Of a stretch of 64,000 bases of DNA, positions 46,380 through 57,538 are shown piece after piece. Where the stretch lies: assembly GCA_016873675.1 (NCBI GenBank), contig VGWG01000005.1, positions 5,648 through 69,647 on the forward strand, read 5' to 3'. Source of the stretch: Lentisphaerota bacterium (lineage in GTDB: Bacteria; Verrucomicrobiota; Kiritimatiellia; RFP12; JAAYNR01). The notes below the pieces were generated by a model. The model worked only from the letters and a program-made list of their open reading frames with translations. It was not told where the DNA came from and searched no databases. Within the stretch, counting starts at the first letter, position 1. Each line of letters starts with the position of its first letter. The position numbers and the translations under genes are program-made.

Positions 46380-47462
46380 TTACCGTTGGATCCGAGCCGA
46401 GCCGCCTGCGGCCAACGCCTTCACCTGGTCCAGCGTCGCCATCGTGGTGTCGCCGGGGTAGGTGGTGAGCAGCGCGCCGTGTGCCCAGCCGAGACGCACC
46501 GCGTCGTCAGCCGACACGCCGTTCAGCAGGCCATAGAACAGGCCGGCCGCAAAGCCGTCGCCGCCGCCGACCCGGTCGTACACATCCAGATCGAGCACCG
46601 GTGCCTGAGCGACGGTCCCGTTGATCCAGGCCACGGCGCTCCACCGGTGGCGATTCGTCGAGTGCACCTCGCGCAGGGTCGTCGCGACGACTTTGATGTT
46701 CGGGTGCTTCCGGACAACCGTGTCGATCATGCCGATGAACGCAGCGGAGTCGAGACCCGTCCGGGCGCTCGCTTCCGGTCCGGGGATGCCGAGCCCAAGC
46801 TGCAGGTCCTCCTCGTTGCCGACCAGCACATCCACGTGGCGGAGGATCGGGTCGAGCACGCTCACGGCCCGCTGGTTCCCGCCGAGGATATTCCACAGCT
46901 TTGCGCGATAGTTCAGATCAAAGGAAACCACCGCGCCGGCGGCTTTGGCCGCCTTCATCCCCTCCACGATCACCGCAGGCGTCGTGGCGGAGAGCGCGGC
47001 AAAGATGCCGCCGCTGTGAAACCAGCGCACGCCGTCGGCAAAGATGGCCCTCCAGTCGAAGTCGCCGGGTTGGAGCCGGGCGGCGGCCTCGTTGCAGCGG
47101 TTGTAAAACACCACCGGCGCCCGCGCGCCGCAGCCTCGGTCGCTGAAAACCGTCGCCATGTTCGGACCGTTCACGCCATCGTGCTCGAAGCGCTTGTAGA
47201 ACGGACGGACGCCCATGGCGCGCACGCGCTCGGCAATCAGATCGCCGACGGGATAATCCACCATCGCCGCCGTGATGCCGGTCTTAAGCCGGAAGCAGTC
47301 CGACAAATTGGCCGCGACATTGAATTCGCCGCCGCTGACATGAATCCGGCATTCCGTCGCCTTGCGAAACGGAACCACACCCGAATCGAGCCGATGCACC
47401 AGCGCGCCAAGGGAAACAAAATCCAGCGCGCCAACCGGCTTGATGGCCATTCCATAATCCAT
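46380..47462 (-). CDS. PfkB-family sugar kinase (2-dehydro-3-deoxygluconokinase-like)
   Basis: The VSGGEFNVA (GG motif) and C-terminal DRVGGGDGFAAGL (the DxxGAGD anion hole of ribokinase/KdgK enzymes). Confidence 0.7.
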   Translation of the reverse strand: MDYGMAIKPVGALDFVSLGALVHRLDSGVVPFRKATECRIHVSGGEFNVAANLSDCFRLKTGITAAMVDYPVGDLIAERVRAMGVRPFYKRFEHDGVNGPNMATVFSDRGCGARAPVVFYNRCNEAAARLQPGDFDWRAIFADGVRWFHSGGIFAALSATTPAVIVEGMKAAKAAGAVVSFDLNYRAKLWNILGGNQRAVSVLDPILRHVDVLVGNEEDLQLGLGIPGPEASARTGLDSAAFIGMIDTVVRKHPNIKVVATTLREVHSTNRHRWSAVAWINGTVAQAPVLDLDVYDRVGGGDGFAAGLFYGLLNGVSADDAVRLGWAHGALLTTYPGDTTMATLDQVKALAAGGSARIQR

Positions 47463-47683
47463 TGTAAGCTCCTTATTATTAAATACTTAAGAATATACGA
47501 AAACAAACGTCATGGGGTCTGCGCCCCGCTCTGCAGGCGGGGGGTATTATGCGGGGGAACAAATCAACAGTCAACGGGTTTTTCTATCCCAAGAGGCGCG
47601 TGCAAAACCTCCTTCGTCGGTTCTGCACTCAGTATGCCCAAGAATTCACTTGAATCCAAAACGCACAAGGGCTACAATCAAAC

Positions 47684-48859
47684 ATGATTATGATTCCACT
47701 TTCCGCACACCTGTCCACCCGGCTCGCCCATGCGGGTTCACGCCACGATCTGGTGGCCGGTGCATCGAGCGTTCCCATCTATCAGGTGTCAACCTTCCAC
47801 CAGGAGGATCCGGAGCACCTCGGACGCTACGACTACGCCCGCAGCAGCAACCCGACCCGCGCCGCGCTGGAGGAGACGGTCGCCAGCCTTGAGAACGGCG
47901 CGCAGGGACTCGCTTTCGCTTCGGGCATGGCCGCCATCTCCTCCACCCTGCTCCTCTTTGCTCCCGGCGACCATCTGATCGTGGGGCGTGACATTTATGG
48001 TGGCACCTACCGCATTCTGACCACCCTCTTCAGGCGGTGGAAGTTGGATGTCACGTTTATTGACACCACCGACCCGGAGCAGGTCCGCCGCGCAGTCACC
48101 CCCGCCACACGCGCCCTTTTCGTCGAGTCTCCCGCCAATCCGCTCCTGCAAATCACCGACCTGCGGGCCATGGCCGCCATCGCCCGCGAACACGGCCTGC
48201 TGGCCATTACCGACAACACCTTCATGACCCCCTTGCTGCAGCGGCCGCTCGACCTGGGTTTCGACATCGTCCTGCACAGCGCCACCAAATTCCTCGGCGG
48301 CCACAGCGACCTGATCGCCGGTTTGGCCATAACGCGCGAGGCCGAACTGGGCCGCCGCCTGCGCACCATCCAAAACGCCTTTGGCGCGATCCTCGGTCCG
48401 CAGGACGCCTGGCTCCTCCTCCGCGGCATCAAGACCCTCGCCGTTCGCCTCGAGGCGCAGCAGCGCACCGCCACTGCCGTGGCCGCCTGGCTACGGCAGC
48501 GCCCCCAGGTGCGGCGCATCTTTTACCCCGGACTGGCCGACCACCCGGGCTGCGCGATTCACGCCGGCCAGGCATCGGGTCCTGGTGCCGTGGTGTCGTT
48601 CGAACTGGCCGACCGCGCCGCCGCCGTCGACTTCCTGAAGCGCGTGCGGCTGCCGCTGGTGGCGGTCAGCCTCGGCGGTGTCGAGAGCATCCTCTCCTAT
48701 CCCGCAACGATGTCGCACGCCGCCATGCCATCCGCCGAACGTCTGGCGCGCGGCATTTCCGACGGCCTCATCCGCTTCTCCGCAGGCCTCGAAACCGTCG
48801 AAGACCTGACCGCTGACTTTTCCGCCGCATTCGAGCGAAAGACGGATTTGCGCGTTTGA
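47684..48859 (+). CDS. metB: Cystathionine gamma-synthase/beta-lyase-family PLP enzyme
   Basis: SSNPTR, the HSATKFLGGHSD PLP-lysine motif, and VSLGGVESIL. Confidence 0.85.
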   Translation: MIMIPLSAHLSTRLAHAGSRHDLVAGASSVPIYQVSTFHQEDPEHLGRYDYARSSNPTRAALEETVASLENGAQGLAFASGMAAISSTLLLFAPGDHLIVGRDIYGGTYRILTTLFRRWKLDVTFIDTTDPEQVRRAVTPATRALFVESPANPLLQITDLRAMAAIAREHGLLAITDNTFMTPLLQRPLDLGFDIVLHSATKFLGGHSDLIAGLAITREAELGRRLRTIQNAFGAILGPQDAWLLLRGIKTLAVRLEAQQRTATAVAAWLRQRPQVRRIFYPGLADHPGCAIHAGQASGPGAVVSFELADRAAAVDFLKRVRLPLVAVSLGGVESILSYPATMSHAAMPSAERLARGISDGLIRFSAGLETVEDLTADFSAAFERKTDLRV

Positions 48860-48946
48860 CGAAGATCTGCTAGCTTCTCGCGGTGACTCCTTTGAAAATG
48901 ATCGACACGGGTGCGTCTGCCTGCCGACAGGAGATCGTGGGGGTCT

Positions 48947-51166
48947 ATGAAAGCGATAGAAGAATCGCAAGAGGCGCGCGGTGAGGAGCAACAGGCCAAG
49001 GATCTGCTGCGGATCAAGAACCTGGTCTTCAATGATTCCATCACTGCCATCAGCATCGCCAATCTGGACGGCCTGCTCATGGATGTCAATGTGGCGTTCC
49101 TGCGCCTCTGGCGGTATGCAGACCGGGATGACGTGATCGGCAAGCCTATCTCCCATTTTCTCGACGATCCGAGTGAGTGCGCGATCATTCTGGCGTCTCT
49201 CAATGAGACCGGCTGCTGGGAGGGGGACTATACCGCGAGGCGTGGCGACGGTACGACCTTCCTGGCCAATGGGCTGGCCACGGTCGTGCACGAGAGAGAT
49301 GGTCGCGTGATCGGTTACCAGTCATCCGTTCTGGATGTCACCGCGCGCAAGCGGGCCGAGACCTATCGCGGCATCGGCAGCAGGATCCTGCAACTCCTCA
49401 ACCAGACCGGCACGCTGCAGGAGACCATCCCGCTCGTCGTCGCCGAAGTGAAGCGCCGTGCCGGAGTCGATGCCGTGGGCATTCGCCTGCATGACGGGGA
49501 GGACTTTCCCTATTTCGCCCAGGAGGGATTCTCCGATGATTTTCTGCGCACGGAGAACTCGCTGATCGCGCGTGACGCGGAAGTCACGGCATGCTGTGAT
49601 CGGGAGGGCCGCGTCCAACTGGAATGCGCCTGCGGTCTGGTCCTGACCGGAAAGACCAACCCGGCCCATCCGCTCTTCACGCCCTGGGGCAGCTTCTGGA
49701 CCGACGATGCGCGGTCGTTGCTGGATCTTCCAGCCGAGCAGGATCCGCGCCTGCACCCGCGCAATGTCTGCATTCATCAGGGCTTCGCCTCCATGGCGCT
49801 GGTGCCCATCCGCAACAAGGACCAGATCATGGGTTTGATCCAGCTCAACGACCGCCGTCCGGGACGATTCACGATCGAGACCGTGGAACTCCTGGAAGAG
49901 GCAGCGGCGTACATCGGTGCCGGGCTGATGCGCAGACAGACGGATGAGGAGAAGACCCTGTACGCTGTTCAGAGGTCCAAACTGTTGAAAGCTGAAGGGC
50001 TGAATCGCATGGCCGGCGCCGTTGCCCACCACTTCAACAACAAGTTGATGGTGGTGATGGGCAACCTGGAGCTCGCCATGCGTGCGATGCCCGAGGATTC
50101 GGAACCGGGATCGTATCTGATCCAGGCCATGCAGGGCGCCCGCCAAGCGGCGGATATCAGCACGTTGATGATGACTTACCTCGGCCAGATGAACGGCGTT
50201 CATGAGCCGATGGATCTGGCCGGACTCTGCCGGCAACGCCTGCCGGAAATCCGGCGCGATCTGCCCACCCACATTCATTTCAGAACCGATCTGCCCGATC
50301 CGGGCCCCATCGTTCTGGGGGACTCGCGCCAGATCCGGCAAATCCTGATCAACCTGATTGCCAACGCCCAGGAGGCCATCGGCACCCAGGCGGGGACCAT
50401 CCGTCTGGCCGTCAAGACGGTTTCACGGGTGGACATTCCGGACACCGACCGGTTCCCCTTGGAATGGGAGCCGCAGGCCGGCCGGTACGCTTGCCTGGAA
50501 ATCGAGGATTCGGGCTGCGGCATTGCCGACTCCGACAAGGAAAAGCTGTTTGATCCGTTCTTCTCCACCAAGTTCACTGGCCGGGGTCTGGGCCTGCCCG
50601 TGGTGATCGGCATGCTCCGCGGCAACGACGCGGGCATCACGGTTATGAGCGCGATACGGAAGGGCAGTACGTTCCGCGTCTATATGGCGTTGGCCTCAGC
50701 CGGCCTCAACCGGCCCGAGCGCACGATCCCGCCCCCGCAACAGGCCCCGGGCGAGCTGGCGGCTCGTAGCGCGAAAACCGGCCCGGTGCTGGTGATCGAG
50801 GACGTCCCGGCCATACGCGATGTGGTCGCGATCATGCTCCAGAATCTCGGGCTGACGGTCCTGCTTGCGGACAACGGCGCGGCGGCGGTGGAGCTGTTCC
50901 AGCAACATCGATCCGAAATTGGCTGCGTCCTCTGCGACCTGACCATGCCGCACATGGATGGCTGGGCGACGCTGACCGCGCTCCGGGCGCTGCGTCCCGA
51001 TGTGCCTGTCATACTGGCCAGCGGTTATGACGAGGCGCGGGCTCTGGCGGGCGATCATCCGGAAAGCCCCCAAGCCTTCATCGGCAAGCCGTACAACATG
51101 CGGGAACTGCGCGACACGATTGAAAGGGTGCTGGGCGTTCGCCTCACGGACTCATTGGCCGGATGA
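48947..51166 (+). CDS. Hybrid sensor histidine kinase (PAS + GAF + HisKA/HATPase + receiver)
   Basis: A PAS domain (…ITAISIANLDGLLMDVNVAFLRLW…), a GAF-like middle, the H-box AHHFNNKL, G1/G2 boxes (DSGCGI, GRGLGL), and a C-terminal REC with D (VLCDLTMP) and K (IGKPY). Confidence 0.75.
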   Translation: MKAIEESQEARGEEQQAKDLLRIKNLVFNDSITAISIANLDGLLMDVNVAFLRLWRYADRDDVIGKPISHFLDDPSECAIILASLNETGCWEGDYTARRGDGTTFLANGLATVVHERDGRVIGYQSSVLDVTARKRAETYRGIGSRILQLLNQTGTLQETIPLVVAEVKRRAGVDAVGIRLHDGEDFPYFAQEGFSDDFLRTENSLIARDAEVTACCDREGRVQLECACGLVLTGKTNPAHPLFTPWGSFWTDDARSLLDLPAEQDPRLHPRNVCIHQGFASMALVPIRNKDQIMGLIQLNDRRPGRFTIETVELLEEAAAYIGAGLMRRQTDEEKTLYAVQRSKLLKAEGLNRMAGAVAHHFNNKLMVVMGNLELAMRAMPEDSEPGSYLIQAMQGARQAADISTLMMTYLGQMNGVHEPMDLAGLCRQRLPEIRRDLPTHIHFRTDLPDPGPIVLGDSRQIRQILINLIANAQEAIGTQAGTIRLAVKTVSRVDIPDTDRFPLEWEPQAGRYACLEIEDSGCGIADSDKEKLFDPFFSTKFTGRGLGLPVVIGMLRGNDAGITVMSAIRKGSTFRVYMALASAGLNRPERTIPPPQQAPGELAARSAKTGPVLVIEDVPAIRDVVAIMLQNLGLTVLLADNGAAAVELFQQHRSEIGCVLCDLTMPHMDGWATLTALRALRPDVPVILASGYDEARALAGDHPESPQAFIGKPYNMRELRDTIERVLGVRLTDSLAG

Positions 51167-51191
51167 AAGTCGATGAAGGCGTATCCGCCGG

Positions 51192-52163
51192 TCACAGCCC
51201 GCAGAGGGCGTTCATCATCGCGATGATGAGGCTTCCGGTGATCTGGAAGCTTTTGGGGTCGAGCTTGTCCATCGTGTCCTGGAGCGTGTGCCAGTAGTCG
51301 TTCAGGCCCGGGGCGCTGCCAAAGGCGAAATCGATCAGATTGATCGCCGGGAATCCCTGGTCGAGGAAGGGCTGGTGGTCGTCGAGGATGATGCTGCTGC
51401 CGAGCGTGACGTGCTGGCGGATACCGAGGCGTTCGGCGCACGCGAGGGCGAGCAGGCGCAAATCCGGTGTTCCGTTCCGGGGGATCTCCAGCAGCAGGTC
51501 ACGGTCGCCGATCATGTCGGCGAGGATGACCGCGCGCACGGGCAGGCCCTCGCGCCGGAGGTCGCGGGCGAGACGGCGGCTGCCATGGAGACCGTCACGG
51601 TCGCTGTACGCGACCGCGCATTCCTCGCCGTCGAGAAAGGCGATCATGATGTTGCACGGCGGGGGCTGGGTCGGGAACTGGCGAGCAAAACGGGCGGCGA
51701 GTGCCAGCAGCAGCCCGGTGGATGAGCCGCTGTCGTTGGCGCCGACAAAGGGGGTCTCGTCTGTGTCGCCGGGGACATCGCGCTTGGTGTCGAAGTGCGA
51801 GAGCAGAACGATCCAGGGGGCTTGCGGGTTCGCGGCCGGAAAGGTCGCCAGCACGTTGTGAAAGGTGCGGACGCCGGACGGGGTGGCGTCCTCAAATGAC
51901 GCGATCCGGGCCGTGGAGGCACCCGCCGTCCGCAGCACGCGCTCCAGATAGTCGGCAGCGCGGCGCCCCCCCGGCGTGCCGGCGGCGCGCGGACCGAGGG
52001 CGACAAACCGGGCCGTCTGATCAAATGCATCGGCTGCCTCCGCAGCGGTAAACGGCGAAAGGACCTCAGTGATTGGGGCCTGCCGACGGCAACCGCAGAC
52101 GAGCGCGACCAGCAGTGCGAGGGCAAGCCTGCGGAAAAGCGGGACGGGATGGCGTCGACTCAT
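51192..52163 (-). CDS. M28-family aminopeptidase lipoprotein
   Basis: Lipobox LVCGC, HFDTK, GANDSGSSTG, DGEE and ADMIG are Zn-ligand motifs of the M28 family. The ORF-track start at 52370 is an extension through the palindrome. Confidence 0.75.
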   Translation of the reverse strand: MSRRHPVPLFRRLALALLVALVCGCRRQAPITEVLSPFTAAEAADAFDQTARFVALGPRAAGTPGGRRAADYLERVLRTAGASTARIASFEDATPSGVRTFHNVLATFPAANPQAPWIVLLSHFDTKRDVPGDTDETPFVGANDSGSSTGLLLALAARFARQFPTQPPPCNIMIAFLDGEECAVAYSDRDGLHGSRRLARDLRREGLPVRAVILADMIGDRDLLLEIPRNGTPDLRLLALACAERLGIRQHVTLGSSIILDDHQPFLDQGFPAINLIDFAFGSAPGLNDYWHTLQDTMDKLDPKSFQITGSLIIAMMNALCGL

Positions 52164-52247
52164 CGTTCGGAGACTATCGATCCAAATGCGCATGGCGGAT
52201 AGCGTAGGCGCAAGGCTGCGGGATGTCAATCCCCGGGACGGGGCGTG

Positions 52248-52384
52248 CAGCAATTCTAATTTTGAGCACATCCGTACAGTCGAAATCGAAATCGCTATCG
52301 GGGGCGAATTTCTTGCTTTCTCGTCGATTTCGGTCTCGATCCCGATTTGGATCCCGATAGCGGCTGCCATAATTAGAATTGCTG
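52248..52384. repeat. 137-bp palindromic element: perfect 14-bp inverted repeats flanking (GAAATCG)n-type internal repeats
   Basis: CAGCAATTCTAATT (52248-52261) versus AATTAGAATTGCTG (52371-52384). Internal tcgaaatcgaaatcgctatcggg versus cccgatttggatcccgatagcgg are partly complementary. It lies in the divergent promoter region between the M28 peptidase and the CBM9-like gene. GGGACGGGG sits 7 bp to its left. Confidence 0.5.
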
Positions 52385-52497
52385 GAGGTCTTCATATCCG
52401 TCTTGCGCTCAGCCCCGTCTATGCCGTATCCTCACGTGCGTGACCGACGCACGGGTCAGGTGGCCCGGGCAAACAGTCCAAACGATAGGAAGTGGCT

Positions 52498-53313
52498 ATG
52501 CGTATTCACAGGTCTCAAACACGTCTTTTCCGCATGGGAGTTGTTTCGACGCTGGCGTGCGGGCTTGGCGCCGCCGGGTGTGCGATGGCCGACGCCGGGG
52601 AGCGGATGCCGGCGCAGGAGGCGACGATTCAGAAAGCGGCCGGTGCGATGGTCGTGGACGGCAAGTTGGACGAGCAGGCGTGGCAGACCGCCGCGAAGCT
52701 CCCGATCGCCGTGCTGCACAACAAGAACGGGAAGACGCTGGAGACGCCCATTGGTTATGCGCGCCTCACATGGGATGATGCGAATGTCTACGTGGCGTTT
52801 GATGTGACCGACGACGACATCCGAGCGGTGGGCGCCGGACGTGACGACGTGAACCTGGATGCCCCGAATGATCTCGTCGAAGTCTTTCTCGACGTCCATA
52901 ACGACGACCACCATTTCTTTGAATTTCACGTCAATCCGTTAAACGGGTTCACCGATCTATTCATCCTGCGACCAGCCAAAGACACTCCGCTCTATCAGCG
53001 GCTGCCGCCGTACAAGATCCTGTTCATGAAGGAATATAATCTGCCCGCCTACGAGACGGCCGTCCAGATTCAGGGGACGCTGAACGATTCCGAGCAGAAA
53101 GACGCTGGCTGGACAGCGGAGATCCGCTTGCCGTACACGTCGCTGATGCTGCCCAACGGGCAAAAAAAACCGAAAGTTGGCGACCTGTGGCGCGTCCAGC
53201 TTGTCATCCAGAACGGCGGAGCGGACAACCGGTATGTGAATTGGTCTCCCACGTATGACAACTGGTACCACCACAGTATTGCGACGTGGGGTCGCATCCG
53301 CTTTTCCGAATAA
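52498..53313 (+). CDS. Secreted carbohydrate-binding (CBM9/DOMON-like) domain protein
   Basis: A signal/lipobox ([11 protein letters not shown]), then [19 protein letters not shown]...[21 protein letters not shown]...WRVQL, the CBM9-like beta-sandwich pattern. RBS AGGAAG is present. Confidence 0.45.
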   Translation: MRIHRSQTRLFRMGVVSTLACGLGAAGCAMADAGERMPAQEATIQKAAGAMVVDGKLDEQAWQTAAKLPIAVLHNKNGKTLETPIGYARLTWDDANVYVAFDVTDDDIRAVGAGRDDVNLDAPNDLVEVFLDVHNDDHHFFEFHVNPLNGFTDLFILRPAKDTPLYQRLPPYKILFMKEYNLPAYETAVQIQGTLNDSEQKDAGWTAEIRLPYTSLMLPNGQKKPKVGDLWRVQLVIQNGGADNRYVNWSPTYDNWYHHSIATWGRIRFSE

Positions 53314-53348
53314 CACGGCCCGAAGCCCGTTGCGTCAAAAGAAAACGG

Positions 53349-53391
53349 TGCCGCTATCCGGCGCCGTTTTTTTTTGACGTCGGGCCATTGG
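53349..53391 (+). terminator. Rho-independent terminator
   Basis: ACGGTGCCG-CTATC-CGGCGCCGT forms a 9-bp stem with one G-U pair, followed by T9. Confidence 0.6.
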
Positions 53392-53519
53392 GAAAGGGGA
53401 CGGGAGACCGTCCGCAATCCCCGTTGACCCGGGAGACGACTCAACGATCAAAAATCAGGTATTGCAGCCCGTCAAAATCTGCCTTATACTCATGCCTCAT
53501 TTTTTTAAGGAGACTCCTT

Positions 53520-55607
53520 ATGGCGCGCAGCACCCCATTAACTCACGTACGTAACATCGGCATCATGGCTCACATTGACGCCGGCAAAACCACCTGCAGC
53601 GAACGCATCCTGTTTTATTCGGGAAAGAACTACAAGATCGGTGAAGTGCATGACGGCGCCGCCACCATGGATTATATGGTTCAGGAGCAGGAGCGCGGCA
53701 TCACCATCACGTCGGCGGCAACGGTCGTCACCTGGCGCGACCATCAGATCAGCCTGATCGACACCCCTGGCCACGTGGATTTCACGGCTGAGGTCGAGCG
53801 GTCGTTGCGCGTGCTCGACGGCGCGGTCGCGCTGTTTTGTGCCGTGGGCGGCGTCCAGCCGCAGAGCGAACAAGTGTGGCGGCAGTCCGAGAAATACGAA
53901 GTGCCGAAACTCTGCTTCATCAACAAGATGGATCGCGTCGGCGCCAATTATTTCGAGGTGATCGACGAAATCCGCAGCGAATTGGGCGGCAATCCTGTGC
54001 CGATGGTCTATCCGGTCGGGCAGGGCGAGGCGTTCGCGGGCGTCATCGATCTCCTGAACATGCGGCGGTGCATCTTTGATGAGGCGTCCAAGGGCGTGAA
54101 GATTGTCTATGCGGAGATTCCTGCTGAGTTGCTGGAGGAGTGCCGGAAATGGCGCAAGAATATTGTTGAGAAGGCCGCCGAGCAGGATGACGCCCTGATG
54201 GAGAAGTACTTTGCCGAGGGCGATCTCCCCATGGCGGACATCCTGGCCGGTCTACGGAAGGGAACGGTATCCCGTGCGATCGTCCCCGTCTATTGCGGAA
54301 CAGCCTTCAAAAACAAGGGCGTCCAGTTGCTGCTGGATGCCGTGTGCGATTTTCTCCCCTCGCCGTTGGATGTCGGCGCGGTCCATGCCAACGATGATCA
54401 GACGAAGGTGCGGCAGCCCGACGACAATGAGCCGTTCTCAGCCCTCGCGTTCAAGGTGATGTCGGACAAGCATATGGGCCGGATCATTTTCATCCGCATT
54501 TATTCAGGGACCCTGCGGATCGGCGACACACTCAAGAACAGCTCGCAGGACATCGATGTGCGCGTCGGCCGCCTGCTGCGCATGCATGCCAACCGGCAGG
54601 AGGCGATCGACGAGGCGAACGCAGGCGAAATTGTCGCCGTGGTCGGCCTCGGCAAGACGCGCACGGGCGACACGCTGTGTGATCGCGCACACCCGATCAT
54701 TCTGGAGAACATCGAGTTCCCGGCGCCGGTGATTTCGATCGCCATCCGGCCGGGGACGCGGAATGACAACGATAAACTGGGCGCGTCGCTGCACACGCTG
54801 GCCGAGGAAGACCCGACCTTCTTTGTGAAGTATGACCGCGAGACCGGCGAGACCGTCATCTCGGGAATGGGCGAACTGCATCTCGAAATCATTGTTGATC
54901 GCCTGCGCCGGGAATTCAACGTGGCCTGCGAGGTTGGCCGCCCCGAGGTCGCCTTCCGCGAGACGATCACCCAAGCGGTCGATGGCGAATACAAGCATGT
55001 CAAGCAGTCGGGCGGCCGCGGTCAGTATGCCCATGTCTGTCTGAAGATCGTCCCGCAGCCGGCCGGCACGGGCTTCTCGTTTGTCAGCGAGGTCAAGGGC
55101 GGAACGATTCCTACCGAGTACATTCCTGCTGTGGAGAAGGGGGTCATCAAGGCGCTGGAATCCGGCCCGTATGCGGGATATCCAGTGGTCGATGTGCAGG
55201 TCATCGTCTACGACGGCTCCTATCACGAGGTTGACTCGAACGAGTTTGCGTTCATCGAGGCGGCCCGCGTCTGCTTCCGCCAGGCTTTTATGCAAGGCGC
55301 TCCGGAGTTGCTCGAACCGGTCATGGCGGTCGAAGTGACGGTACCCGAAGACTACATGGGCGCGGCCACGGGCTCGCTCTGCCAGCGCCGCGGACGCGTC
55401 GAGGGCATGGAGGACAAGGGGGGCGCGAAGCTGGTCAACGGCACGGTGCCGCTTGGCGAGATGTTCGGCTATTCCAACACGATCCGCACGCTCACGCAGG
55501 GCCGCGGCTCGTTTGTGATGGCGTTCGAACGCTACGAGGCGGTGCCCTACGAGCTGACGGAGACGATCATCGAGAAGCGCCGCAAGGAAAACAAGATCCG
55601 CGGCTAG
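53520..55607 (+). CDS. fusA: Translation elongation factor G
   Basis: [15 protein letters not shown] (G1), DTPGHVDF (G3), NKMD (G4), and full domains II-V. RBS AAGGAG lies 7 nt upstream. Confidence 0.9.
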   Translation: MARSTPLTHVRNIGIMAHIDAGKTTCSERILFYSGKNYKIGEVHDGAATMDYMVQEQERGITITSAATVVTWRDHQISLIDTPGHVDFTAEVERSLRVLDGAVALFCAVGGVQPQSEQVWRQSEKYEVPKLCFINKMDRVGANYFEVIDEIRSELGGNPVPMVYPVGQGEAFAGVIDLLNMRRCIFDEASKGVKIVYAEIPAELLEECRKWRKNIVEKAAEQDDALMEKYFAEGDLPMADILAGLRKGTVSRAIVPVYCGTAFKNKGVQLLLDAVCDFLPSPLDVGAVHANDDQTKVRQPDDNEPFSALAFKVMSDKHMGRIIFIRIYSGTLRIGDTLKNSSQDIDVRVGRLLRMHANRQEAIDEANAGEIVAVVGLGKTRTGDTLCDRAHPIILENIEFPAPVISIAIRPGTRNDNDKLGASLHTLAEEDPTFFVKYDRETGETVISGMGELHLEIIVDRLRREFNVACEVGRPEVAFRETITQAVDGEYKHVKQSGGRGQYAHVCLKIVPQPAGTGFSFVSEVKGGTIPTEYIPAVEKGVIKALESGPYAGYPVVDVQVIVYDGSYHEVDSNEFAFIEAARVCFRQAFMQGAPELLEPVMAVEVTVPEDYMGAATGSLCQRRGRVEGMEDKGGAKLVNGTVPLGEMFGYSNTIRTLTQGRGSFVMAFERYEAVPYELTETIIEKRRKENKIRG

Positions 55608-56374
55608 CCCTTTCGATAATACCCGCCCGTGGTGACGGTGCGGAAGCCGAACCGGTTGTAAAACGCCTCCAGCGGCTTGTCCCGTTCGGTGAGCAGGAAG
55701 AAGCGCGTGGCCCCGCGCCGCGCCTCTTCCGCCAACCCCATCTGCAGCAGCGCGCGGCCCAGGCCGCGCCCGCGTTCCGAGCGGAGCGTGCCGACATTGT
55801 AGAGCCCGGTCAGGCCGCCTCGAGACACGGCTGAGAGCAGACCCTTCGGCACCCCCGATTCTCGGACGAGCCAGTGGCGGATTTCCATCCATCCGCCTGC
55901 GTCCGGCACGCTGTCCGGTATCGGCACAGACGCGCCGGGGTCGGGATCCCCGTCCCAGAACGCATCGGCGTAAAGCCGGTTGAAGATCTCAGCGTCGGCC
56001 GCCGTCTCAACCCGCGTGAGCGAGAGGCCGGGCATCGGGGGCGCCGGGTCGGCGCCGTCGCGCGCCATCCAGCGGTCGGCGCTGAAACGACGCCACGGGG
56101 CGGGCAGCGGATGGGTCTGCGCGGCCTCGTCACGGTCCGCGAGATACCAGATCGGCTCGCGGCCCCGCGCCTCAAATTCGCGGGCGATGCGAGCTTCGTG
56201 TCGTAGGGCCACGTCGGCATCGAGCACGGCAAACAGATTCCATGTCGGATCGGACTCGTGCGCAGAGAAGATCCACACGCCCGAACCGTCGGCGGCCCGC
56301 GCCGCCTCGTCGATGAACATGCCGCGCTGGGCCTCGATATGGAAAGCCAGTAGTTCCCGGAATGTGGTGTTCAT
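55604..56374 (-). CDS. GNAT-family N-acetyltransferase
   Basis: A C-terminal acetyl-CoA-binding motif [27 protein letters not shown]. Its stop overlaps the fusA stop (convergent). Confidence 0.7.
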   Translation of the reverse strand: MNTTFRELLAFHIEAQRGMFIDEAARAADGSGVWIFSAHESDPTWNLFAVLDADVALRHEARIAREFEARGREPIWYLADRDEAAQTHPLPAPWRRFSADRWMARDGADPAPPMPGLSLTRVETAADAEIFNRLYADAFWDGDPDPGASVPIPDSVPDAGGWMEIRHWLVRESGVPKGLLSAVSRGGLTGLYNVGTLRSERGRGLGRALLQMGLAEEARRGATRFFLLTERDKPLEAFYNRFGFRTVTTGGYYRKG

Positions 56375-57267
56375 GTGAAAAGCGGCTCCAACCGGTAGCG
56401 CGGCAGCCGCCGCTCGGGGAGGTAGGATCGTTTGGAGCGGCGCAAGCCCGGTATGCCCATGTCCTGCTCAATATTAAGCCAGACGCAGCGGTTCGCCAGA
56501 TGGCGTGCCACCGCCACCCGCATCGCCTGAGCCGCCCCCGGGATACGCCGATCGGCCTTCTCGAAATGGACATTGCCGATCTCGGACCGGGTGAAGCTGA
56601 AAAGCGAGCAGGCGAGAAGTGCGCCATCGGCGGCGGCGAGTGCCAGCCCTTCCAGACCGAGCGCATCAAAATGGGCGAAGGCTCGCCGCAAGGCGTCGGC
56701 TTCGTCGGACAGCGCGCCCGCCGGATGCGCGGCATCGGCTCGCAGGGCAAGCTCCAGCGTCTCCTGCCGATTGACCGGGGTGATCGGAACACCACGCCAC
56801 CCCGGGACGTGTTCGTCAAAGCGGCGGATGAGACGCCGGGTGTTCTGATGGCCACGGCCAGCAAGGGCCGCCACGCTGGCTGTCCGCAGCAGATAGTCGT
56901 CCTCGTCCTCCGTCGTGCTCACCGCATAACGCGCGGACAACGCATCGGCGTGGCGCGTGACATACTCCTGCGGCACATCGCCCCACGCCAGCCGCAAACC
57001 GGTGCGTTCGGCCATCTCAGCCCGAACGGCCTCCAGTTCTACAGGTTCGAACGGCTCGCCGAACGGAAACAGCAGCGTGCTGACACGGCGGTTGCAGACC
57101 ACGCGACGGCCGGCGATCCCGGTGTGGACGGTGTCGTATACCCCGCTCCAGATGAACAGGTTGCAGAAGTTGCATTCACAGCTCCAGCGGCCCTGCACCG
57201 CTAGGGCCGCCTCGAACAGGCCGCGCTGATCCAATGAAACGGGTTGTAGGGGTGTCGAATTCATCAC
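56371..57267 (-). CDS. DUF2156-like acyltransferase-fold protein (MprF C-terminal-like)
   Basis: A 298-aa protein with an FCNLFIW motif near the N-terminus, typical of the DUF2156/lysyl-PG-synthase C-domain as I recall it. Weak. Confidence 0.4.
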   Translation of the reverse strand: MMNSTPLQPVSLDQRGLFEAALAVQGRWSCECNFCNLFIWSGVYDTVHTGIAGRRVVCNRRVSTLLFPFGEPFEPVELEAVRAEMAERTGLRLAWGDVPQEYVTRHADALSARYAVSTTEDEDDYLLRTASVAALAGRGHQNTRRLIRRFDEHVPGWRGVPITPVNRQETLELALRADAAHPAGALSDEADALRRAFAHFDALGLEGLALAAADGALLACSLFSFTRSEIGNVHFEKADRRIPGAAQAMRVAVARHLANRCVWLNIEQDMGIPGLRRSKRSYLPERRLPRYRLEPLFT

Positions 57268-57538
57268 GGCTTAGACCGGCAGAAGGCGCTTCATGGGTCG
57301 AATGGTAACACAGCCACCCGCAACGGGCAATTCACGATTCGCGAATGCGCCACCCCGGGGTAGCGTTTTCCTTCGTTGCGTCGCATCTGGAAATCATTGG
57401 AAATCATTATTTCCACAAGGTTTGAAAATATATGCTACTATTTCTCTGTCCCTAGGATTCTGAGGATTCTAGCCCGGGGGTCTCGTGATTTCTGCGGCGG
57501 TGCACGGTGCACCGGGGCCGATGCGATAGGGAGAACAC

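Noticed and set aside
47463-47683. Possible SAM riboswitch or leader upstream of the metB-like gene (hairpin CCCCGC-TCTGCAG-GCGGGG at ~47515-47545)
   Set aside because: No SAM-I/II/III consensus elements (no kink-turn, no conserved AUC/UGC core) could be recognised. A simple hairpin in a divergent promoter is all that is visible.
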